The position numbers and the translations under genes are program-made. Of a DNA stretch of 34,974 nt, positions 26,558 to 33,634 are shown piece after piece (the stretch's first letter is position 1; each line of letters starts with the position of its first letter). Origin of the DNA: a virus (taxonomy: Duplodnaviria; Caudoviricetes); IMG/VR virus record IMGVR_UViG_3300012667_000297, positions 1-34,974 of that record, one strand, 5' to 3'. The notes beneath the pieces were generated by a model, which saw nothing but the letters and a program-made list of their open reading frames with translations, ran no database searches and was not told the origin of the DNA.

Positions 26558-26782
26558 TTAAAGATCTGCTATTGTAGCAAATACGTTAGTTCCACTTGGT
26601 GTAGCTGCACCATCTAATGCTGCTTTTTGAGCTGCAGTAGGTAACAACAATTGAGCTGCTGCTAATTGAGTTTGTAAAGAATTTATAACTTCTATCATTT
26701 CATCAATTTTAGATGCATAAACCCTAGGATTTGTAATTTCTGCACCTAAGAAATATTTTGGTGCTACTTTAGTTATTGCCAT
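26558..26782 (-). CDS. Small coiled-coil structural protein (minimal head fibre?)
   Basis: 74 aa with a coiled coil (KIDEMIEVINSLQTQLAAAQ) and a fibre-like motif QKAALDGAATPSGTNVFATIADL. Confidence 0.55.
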   Translation of the reverse strand: MAITKVAPKYFLGAEITNPRVYASKIDEMIEVINSLQTQLAAAQLLLPTAAQKAALDGAATPSGTNVFATIADL

Positions 26783-26793
26783 TTTTTAAATTA

Positions 26794-27471
26794 TTATTCG
26801 TTAGTATTATTAATTAAAGGATTAAATGTTTGAGACCTCTTACCTTCTATTCCTTCTAATGCTATTTTAACAGCTTCATCAATTATTTCACTATGCATGT
26901 GACTAGATAATTCAGAAGTAACATTTGTTGTTAAATCAATTTTATTAGGTTGTTTAATATATCTCATTCTATATTCAATTATTTGACAAGATGATATTAA
27001 TTCAACTCTACCTTTTTCCATTAATCTAAGAACAATTACATCATCTGGTTTTCCAAAAGGGTCTTTAATCCTTTTAGAAAATTCAGAGTGATTTATTGGA
27101 ATAACTTCAGCAAAACTATTAGTTTCTGACCCACATATTTCACATAAAAGTTTACATCTTTCTTGAATAGTAAACCAATGATCAGTAGGTAGATTTACAA
27201 ATCTTGCACTAGCGTCAATATTATCTGAAGCATAAGGTTGTGTAGTTAAGACTGCATTTACAACTATATTTTTTAAATCCTCAATCCTTTTCTGAGTTTC
27301 TTCAAAAGATTGTCTTTTTAAGTTGGTAAACCCATATCTTTGTTTAACAATCCTCTCTTGAGCATTATTTAAAATTAAGTCTATTTCTTCAGGTAAAAAG
27401 TTAGGATAATTTAATGAATCCATTTTATCCATCCTAAACTTAAACTCTGTATGCATCTCTGCTACTGTCAT
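26794..27471 (-). CDS. Tail ring protein (ring 3/4-like head-tail connector)
   Basis: 225 aa with MTVAEMHTEF...DKMDS...PEEIDLILNNAQ, FEETQKRIEDL, YRMRYIKQP and HSEIIDEAVKIAL; a conserved crAss-like gene two positions after the MCP. Confidence 0.75.
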   Translation of the reverse strand: MTVAEMHTEFKFRMDKMDSLNYPNFLPEEIDLILNNAQERIVKQRYGFTNLKRQSFEETQKRIEDLKNIVVNAVLTTQPYASDNIDASARFVNLPTDHWFTIQERCKLLCEICGSETNSFAEVIPINHSEFSKRIKDPFGKPDDVIVLRLMEKGRVELISSCQIIEYRMRYIKQPNKIDLTTNVTSELSSHMHSEIIDEAVKIALEGIEGKRSQTFNPLINNTNE

Positions 27472-28274
27472 TACTCAACTTCTTTTTTTAGTTTCTTAGG
27501 TTTTAACTTATTTTCTAATGCTAATCTTACAGATTGATTCTTCATATCTGTTAAGTAACCTACAACTTCATCTGTAGAACTACCTAATAAATCTTCACCA
27601 TTATAGTAATAAGTACCTTTCTTTTTAATGATTTCTTTTTCTAACAAAGCTTCTAACAATGCTTTAGTTGGAGTATCTTTAGAAGTAGATAATCTTAAAT
27701 ATTCTTTAGGATCACGTTTTACCTCTTTATATAACTCAGCTTTAATCATTGTTTCAGACATTGTATCTACTCCACGTTTACCAAAGATTCTTAGTAATCC
27801 TCTTTTCTCTTCAATAGTTGCCGTAGTAAATGCTTCAATAGCTGCAAATTCAAACTCCATTTTAGCAGCTTCAATTTTACTTGCTGCTTCAGGATCGTAA
27901 ATATAAAATTTCGCTGTTGAATTACCAGGAACGTCATGTTCACTATTTGCAATCCAATCATGTTCTAACAACATCTTATATTTAATCTCATCTAATGGAG
28001 TTACCACATTAAATATTGTAATTTTATCATTTTTTAATCGTACTTCTAAATCTCCCCAAAAATCAGAATTTCTTTTATTCAAAGTTCCTTTTGGTACATT
28101 TAAAAGTTCTTCATAATGAGCTTCATCTTTAATACTTAATCCTGTTTTATAAACACCATTTTGACTAAGTTGTGCTCCCATTATTACAGTAATAGTTTTA
28201 TTGTAATAAGATTGACCTGAAAATTTATTTTTAATAATAGGTCTGATGACATACTGTTTAAATCCTTCTTCCAT
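27471..28274 (-). CDS. Conserved crAss-like protein immediately downstream of the MCP
   Basis: 267 aa with YKTGL, SDFW, PLDEIKYKML, AKFYIYD and YYYNGEDLLG..DEVVGYL.D.KNQ; identified by synteny. Confidence 0.7.
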   Translation of the reverse strand: MEEGFKQYVIRPIIKNKFSGQSYYNKTITVIMGAQLSQNGVYKTGLSIKDEAHYEELLNVPKGTLNKRNSDFWGDLEVRLKNDKITIFNVVTPLDEIKYKMLLEHDWIANSEHDVPGNSTAKFYIYDPEAASKIEAAKMEFEFAAIEAFTTATIEEKRGLLRIFGKRGVDTMSETMIKAELYKEVKRDPKEYLRLSTSKDTPTKALLEALLEKEIIKKKGTYYYNGEDLLGSSTDEVVGYLTDMKNQSVRLALENKLKPKKLKKEVE

Positions 28275-28301
28275 TTGTTTTAATAATTTGCCTTTATTAG
28301 T

Positions 28302-28334
28302 TTAAAAATAAAGGGTGTTTAAGGTACACCCTTT
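28302..28334 (-). terminator. Intrinsic terminator after the MCP
   Basis: 9-bp stem aaagggtgt (28310-28318) / acacccttt (28326-28334) with a 7-nt loop, followed by ATTTTT on the minus strand. Confidence 0.8.
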
Positions 28335-28349
28335 GAAAACCTTATTATT

Positions 28350-29801
28350 TTAGTTTAATGAACTTGCATCTAAGATCAATTGAGCTGCATCAGATGGGTC
28401 ACGTAACATGATTCCACATTCTGTCATAGCTTCAAAAGTGTATCCATCTACTGAACTAGCAGAAGATCCATTTTTCTTAGGACCATAAGGACCATACATT
28501 CCTTCAATATAAGTAGTTACCATTTCACGGTCTTTAGAATATACTTTTTGAATATTTGGTTCTCCTTTATTGTAAGATTTGAAATTCAAGAAAGTAGCTT
28601 TGTAAGACTCTGCTGGTTTACCAGTTTGAGGATGTAATAGACGATTTCTCACAGTATCATTGTAAGGTTTGTATTCTTTCAAGGTAATTTTATCACCATT
28701 CAAACCTGTGTAAGTAATGAACTGACCAGATAAAGTTAATTCTTGTCCTTGACCACCAATGAATTTGCTATCTACTAAGTTGAAAGCAGATGCTGAACGC
28801 TTCATAGCTTGATCAAATAAATTCATGAATTCCCTTCCACAAAGTGCAACGTATTCACGAGGACCATCTTCAGTACCGTTATATGCTAAATCTGACATGA
28901 AATCACGAATAGTTTTTTCAGTCAAAGTAGTATAAAGACGTTTGTTACCTGGAGCAATTTGAGCTTCTAATCCAGCACCAGAATAAACTGTATTACCAGA
29001 TGCACCTTTAATGTCAGTAGTACCGTTAGCTTTAACATTAGACTCACCAAACATTAACATTACTTCGATTTCATCCATGAACTGTTTCCAAAATTCCCAC
29101 TCAGCATATTTTACCCAAGTGTTAGTTTTTTCATTAGTTTCAGGGTTTAACATTGAAATAACCATTACACGGCTATGAGCAGCACCAGTAACAGAATATT
29201 TTTTACGCAATGTAGACATGAAGTTTTCTAACATCATTGGAGTAGCATAATGAGTTTCTCCAGAAGTACGAGAATGATCATGTTCTACGATGTTGTATTC
29301 TTTAGAAACTTCTTTACCTACTGCAACTAATACTGCAGGAATTGATTTAGTAACATCAGCAGTAACTAATTGACAAGTTAAGATATAGTCATTTCCATCG
29401 TAGTAAGGTTCTGCCATTACACGAGCTTTGTATTCAGGGCTGTCAAATAAAATAACATCACCTTCTGTGAACCATTTTTCTCCAACACCAAATTTAAAAG
29501 TAGTAGCATTTACACCTACTGATCCTGCTGCTTCAAATACTGCACGAGTAATAGAAATAGCTTTACGAGAATCACCAATGATATTCCAACGATATTGGAT
29601 ACCATCAATTTCTTTAGATTTACCCATTCCACCTGTTAAGAAAGAAAGAGCATTTTTATAACCATTTTGTTTGTTATAAATACGAGTAATAACTTGGCTA
29701 GCAATAGCTGGCTCAGTTAAAAAGAATGTGGACAAATGAGAGTCTTGAGTAAGACCAGCATGCCAATTCATGTTTGTTATTTGTAATGGACTAATTTGCA
29801 T
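28350..29801 (-). CDS. Major capsid protein (crAss-like, HK97 fold)
   Basis: 483 aa with WHAGLTQDSHL, QYRWNIIG, ENFMSTLRKKYSVTG, SGAGLEAQI, GQFITY.GLNGDKITL, HPQTGKPAESYK and SSVDGY. It shows high-expression codon bias, is preceded by a scaffold-like gene and is followed by a terminator. Confidence 0.92.
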   Translation of the reverse strand: MQISPLQITNMNWHAGLTQDSHLSTFFLTEPAIASQVITRIYNKQNGYKNALSFLTGGMGKSKEIDGIQYRWNIIGDSRKAISITRAVFEAAGSVGVNATTFKFGVGEKWFTEGDVILFDSPEYKARVMAEPYYDGNDYILTCQLVTADVTKSIPAVLVAVGKEVSKEYNIVEHDHSRTSGETHYATPMMLENFMSTLRKKYSVTGAAHSRVMVISMLNPETNEKTNTWVKYAEWEFWKQFMDEIEVMLMFGESNVKANGTTDIKGASGNTVYSGAGLEAQIAPGNKRLYTTLTEKTIRDFMSDLAYNGTEDGPREYVALCGREFMNLFDQAMKRSASAFNLVDSKFIGGQGQELTLSGQFITYTGLNGDKITLKEYKPYNDTVRNRLLHPQTGKPAESYKATFLNFKSYNKGEPNIQKVYSKDREMVTTYIEGMYGPYGPKKNGSSASSVDGYTFEAMTECGIMLRDPSDAAQLILDASSLN

Positions 29802-29843
29802 TTTTGTTGTTGTTATATTAAATTAATAATTGTTCTATTTTAT

Positions 29844-30959
29844 TTATAATAAGCCTTTATCTAAAGCTTGTCTAAAAGCACTGAAGTTACCTGAAGATTT
29901 TTCTGATCCAAAACCATCAGACTGACCAGTCTTTAATTTAGATCTACCATCTTTAAAGTTAGATAACTTACTTGCTAACTCAGAGTTAACTTTAGTTTTA
30001 ACTTGTCTTTCTAACTTACTTAAGTCCCAATCATTCATTGCTAAATAAGCATACATGAATTGAGCATTAGTGTTAGTTTCATTATGTTTCTGTAATCCTG
30101 TCTTACCAGTCTTATCAGGTTTCATAATAAAGTCCCAAAGATTATCTTTCATTTTAGGGGTTAATTTAAACCCTTGAATTTCTTCTTTGGCATATAAGTC
30201 AGCTTTGAAATCTTCATATTGTTTCTTAGCTGCTGCTCTTTGTTCAGCTTCATACTTCTTTTGAGATTCTACCAATTGTTCTTGATAACCTTTCTCATAG
30301 TTTTGTAATTTGCTTAATGCACTTTTGGCTTTCTTTTCTAAAATACCAGAAACTTCATATGTATCTAAAGTTTCTTCTATTTCTTCCATATCTTCTCCTT
30401 GTGCCTTTAAGTATTCTCTTAATACAATCTTTTGAGTAGTGTCAGTGTCTATTTCAAAATCACTCCAAGTTACTTCATTATAATATGCATTAATAAAATC
30501 TTTAGGATTACCTCCTGCTTCAACAAATTCTACTAACTTGTGAACATCATCTGGTAAACTCTTTTTATAGTTTTCCACTTCACGCTCAACAGTAGAACTC
30601 ATTAGTTTTTTTAAACCATCTTCAGAATCTTCAAAAGTTTCTTCATCATAGTCTACTAAACCTTTATCTCCTAGCCAACTTGCAAATACTTTGAGAGAAG
30701 AACCCTCTTCAGTAGTTTCTTGTTTAGATTCAACCTTAGCAACTTCTTTAGTTTCTTTGGTTTCTTCTTTAGGTAGATCTTTAACAACTTCTTTAGTTTC
30801 ATCAACTGTAGGTGTTACATCTTCTAGTTCTGGAACTAGTGGTTGTGCTACTGAATTGTTCTCTTGAAAATCACTAGAGAACTCATCATTAAACTGCATT
30901 TCTAGACCTTCACCAAACGGTGTGTCAAGAATATTAAATTCTTTTTTTTCCTTACTCAT
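29844..30959 (-). CDS. Scaffold-like protein upstream of the MCP
   Basis: 371 aa with a highly acidic disordered N-terminus, helical coiled-coil body and basic C-terminus; conserved position before the MCP. Confidence 0.7.
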   Translation of the reverse strand: MSKEKKEFNILDTPFGEGLEMQFNDEFSSDFQENNSVAQPLVPELEDVTPTVDETKEVVKDLPKEETKETKEVAKVESKQETTEEGSSLKVFASWLGDKGLVDYDEETFEDSEDGLKKLMSSTVEREVENYKKSLPDDVHKLVEFVEAGGNPKDFINAYYNEVTWSDFEIDTDTTQKIVLREYLKAQGEDMEEIEETLDTYEVSGILEKKAKSALSKLQNYEKGYQEQLVESQKKYEAEQRAAAKKQYEDFKADLYAKEEIQGFKLTPKMKDNLWDFIMKPDKTGKTGLQKHNETNTNAQFMYAYLAMNDWDLSKLERQVKTKVNSELASKLSNFKDGRSKLKTGQSDGFGSEKSSGNFSAFRQALDKGLL

Positions 30960-30985
30960 TTTTTTGCCTTATTAGTAATATACTA

Positions 30986-31017
30986 TAAATATAACTGTTT
31001 TGGTTATGATCTCCTAA
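30986..31017 (-). promoter_or_regulatory. Promoter TTAG-N20-TATATTTA for the scaffold-MCP operon
   Basis: Same spacing as the other copies, in the intergenic gap before the scaffold gene. Confidence 0.6.
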
Positions 31018-31068
31018 TTCTAAAAATCACACAGTCAGGTGAACTTTTATAGCTTAAACGTTTAAATG

Positions 31069-32904
31069 TTATTTAGTGTTTTTTAATTTTTCATCTTGAT
31101 ATTGATCATAAGCTTGATAAGCATCTGAAACTTTACCTGCTTTAAAAAGTTTGTTAGCTGTATTAACAGCTATTTGTGAACTTTTCCATTTTTCAGGATT
31201 AATGTAGGGTATATTATTTTTAAGTAGTTCAACAGGCTTTGCTAACATATTATCTATATTTTTACCACCCATCTTTACATAAGACTGATAAGCATCGTAT
31301 GCTTTATTTAAAACTTTTTCTTGTGTTTTAGCAGGTAAATATTGAGCAGCCTTAACTGTATTTTGAAGCATCCCAAAACCACCTGTAATAACTTTACCAC
31401 TTTTACCTATTTTACCAATCACGGGTAATGCACCTAAAACTTCTAAAGTTGTTTCTCCACTAAATCCTGTCTTCTTAGCTGCTCTATAAACATCATCCCA
31501 AGAAGATAATCCAGTAGGATCAAATACTTCAAAAAGATTTTCCCCTGTAGTATCTCCATCTTCTTCATAATGTACTTTAGTATCTATTAATCCTTTTTTA
31601 ATCATGTCTTCAGCTTCTATTTGAGATTTAGGATAAGTATTTGACGTAGTTCTTCTAGATCCTTCAAAATCTATTTTAGGTTTATCATCAAATTTTAATT
31701 TTGAATTTGATTTATATAAGTCATTTCTATTTATTTTATATTTTTTATTAAAATCTAAATCTTTTGAAGATTTGGTTCTTTCTAAAATACTTTTAGTTTT
31801 TTCAAATGATTCAGGAAAACTAAATCCGTAAGAATCATGTGAATCTCCTGTAGCTAAAGGACCAGGTTGTGTATAATCATTAAACTCACCACCATTTTCA
31901 AACTTTTGTATACCTCCGTATCTATGTTGTTGAGGTTGTTGACTTTGATAATACTCATTAAAAGATTTATTAATTAATTCATCAGTATCTTTAGGAGATA
32001 AGTTTTTACCTGTTTTAAAATAATCTCTTAATGCAGGTTTATATTCTTCTATTGTTTTTGCAAATTCTTCTCCTTTAATTATAGAATTTAATTCTTCTTG
32101 ATTTAAGTTTTTACTTTGTATATGTTTATCTGCTAAATTAGATATTAAATTGGGAACATTTAAATTTGTATCTGAATATTGACCAAGTACCTTATAATGC
32201 TCAGGGTCTTGTTTAAACTTATAATATTCACCATATTTAGGTTCTACATTTTTTTCTACAAATTCACGAGTAGCTCCAAATGCTGCATCTTTATTTCCTT
32301 TAAATTTAAATAAATTTTGAGCATATAATTCTTTAAATACATTTTGTTTTATCTCATCTGTATTATAAGCACGAGTAGGAGTATTTTCAACATTACCACT
32401 TTTAGTTCTATATAAATCAGCAGTTTGTTGTTGACCTTCACCTGCAACATCTAAAACAAATCTTCTAAGATTAGCAGATTTATCTCCTGTCATAGGTATT
32501 TCTTTATAAGGTTTATAGTTAGCAGGATTTAATTGGTAATTAGTTCCTGTCTTTTCATCCCAAGCTAATACACCTTCTAATCCTTTTTGAGGATGACTAA
32601 TAGGTGCATAGTATTGATTTGCCCCATAAGTATAAGCTCTATATGAAGGAAGTTCAGATAAATTTTTAGGAGTTTCTACAGTATTATAAAGACCTGAATA
32701 CAAATCTTCTTCTACTCTAGGACCAACCTTTTGTTGTGTTTTTGAAAAATCAAATTCATTATCTTCTTTTATTCCACCATCTTTAAATTTTTGATAACTA
32801 GTATTATAGTCATTTACCATGTCACGATAAGACATATCTTTGTTAGCCTTTCTGTAAGACTTCATCAATTCTATTCTTTCTTTTACTGGTAACTTATTAT
32901 ACAT
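31069..32904 (-). CDS. GG-motif modular protein, probable minor virion cargo
   Basis: 611 aa with a short helical leader ending KFKDGG, a second junction HRYGGIQKFENGG, and a C-terminal FDPTG...WDD...LGALPVIGKIGK segment. Confidence 0.6.
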   Translation of the reverse strand: MYNKLPVKERIELMKSYRKANKDMSYRDMVNDYNTSYQKFKDGGIKEDNEFDFSKTQQKVGPRVEEDLYSGLYNTVETPKNLSELPSYRAYTYGANQYYAPISHPQKGLEGVLAWDEKTGTNYQLNPANYKPYKEIPMTGDKSANLRRFVLDVAGEGQQQTADLYRTKSGNVENTPTRAYNTDEIKQNVFKELYAQNLFKFKGNKDAAFGATREFVEKNVEPKYGEYYKFKQDPEHYKVLGQYSDTNLNVPNLISNLADKHIQSKNLNQEELNSIIKGEEFAKTIEEYKPALRDYFKTGKNLSPKDTDELINKSFNEYYQSQQPQQHRYGGIQKFENGGEFNDYTQPGPLATGDSHDSYGFSFPESFEKTKSILERTKSSKDLDFNKKYKINRNDLYKSNSKLKFDDKPKIDFEGSRRTTSNTYPKSQIEAEDMIKKGLIDTKVHYEEDGDTTGENLFEVFDPTGLSSWDDVYRAAKKTGFSGETTLEVLGALPVIGKIGKSGKVITGGFGMLQNTVKAAQYLPAKTQEKVLNKAYDAYQSYVKMGGKNIDNMLAKPVELLKNNIPYINPEKWKSSQIAVNTANKLFKAGKVSDAYQAYDQYQDEKLKNTK

Positions 32905-33103
32905 TCTTATTTATATTAAAAGTATCATTTTTACATAATCTAACATCATTACTATTATAATGTTTTATTACACCATTTTCTTCAAGTGCTACAACAAATA
33001 CAGTATTTTCTTGTGGACCATAATCCATTATGAATAATACTATACCATCACCATGAGGGGTTGTTACCCAAAGTATTTGTTTTACTTCGTGAATTAATGA
33101 CAT
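32897..33103 (-). CDS. Hypothetical small beta protein
   Basis: 68 aa, tightly packed between ferritin and the 611-aa gene. Confidence 0.65.
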   Translation of the reverse strand: MSLIHEVKQILWVTTPHGDGIVLFIMDYGPQENTVFVVALEENGVIKHYNSNDVRLCKNDTFNINKNV

Positions 33104-33106
33104 TCA

Positions 33107-33634
33107 TTATCCTTTTAGTTCATGATCAAATAATCTCATTGCAATCTTATCTTCACCAAATGCTTCTAATTGATCAACTAAGTTTTGTACTTTTCCTAAT
33201 TCTTCTTGTTGCTCAGTTAAGAATTTCATAGCTAACTGATATAATAAATGATTACCGTATTTCATAGCATGTGAAGCTAACTCATTACATTGTTGGGTAA
33301 CTAATATTTCATGAGCATATGATTGTTTAATAACATCAGGTAAACCTGTAAATGTTTGAGGTGGTTCTTTCAATGCTGGAGTCTTAGGTGTAATACCCAT
33401 ATCCAATAAGAAAGACTTAGCCCAACCTGCGTGAACCATTTCTCCTTCTGCATCTTTTTCCCAAACTGCTGCAGCACCTAAATACCCATGGTCATTTAAC
33501 CACATTGACATTGCAGTATAAAATCTTGAAGAATATTCTTCTTGTTCAATTCTAAAGTTTAATATATCAATACATTCCTTACTTACAAAAGGATTTGTCT
33601 TTGCTACTGGGGGTGTTAGTTTTAAACTACTCAT
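33107..33634 (-). CDS. ftnA: Non-haem ferritin (FtnA-like)
   Basis: 175 aa. It aligns by eye with bacterial FtnA at LNFRIEQEEYSSRFY..MS.W, GAA, EGEMVH, HEILVT..NELA and EQQEE; the ferroxidase A/B-site ligands are present. Confidence 0.9.
   Translation of the reverse strand: MSSLKLTPPVAKTNPFVSKECIDILNFRIEQEEYSSRFYTAMSMWLNDHGYLGAAAVWEKDAEGEMVHAGWAKSFLLDMGITPKTPALKEPPQTFTGLPDVIKQSYAHEILVTQQCNELASHAMKYGNHLLYQLAMKFLTEQQEELGKVQNLVDQLEAFGEDKIAMRLFDHELKG

Noticed and set aside
31021-31065. Palindrome TTAAACGTTTAA (31054-31065) and a weak hairpin after the 611-aa gene
   Set aside because: It is AT-rich, single copy and has no convincing U-tract. It may be a weak terminator or operator but is unsupported.
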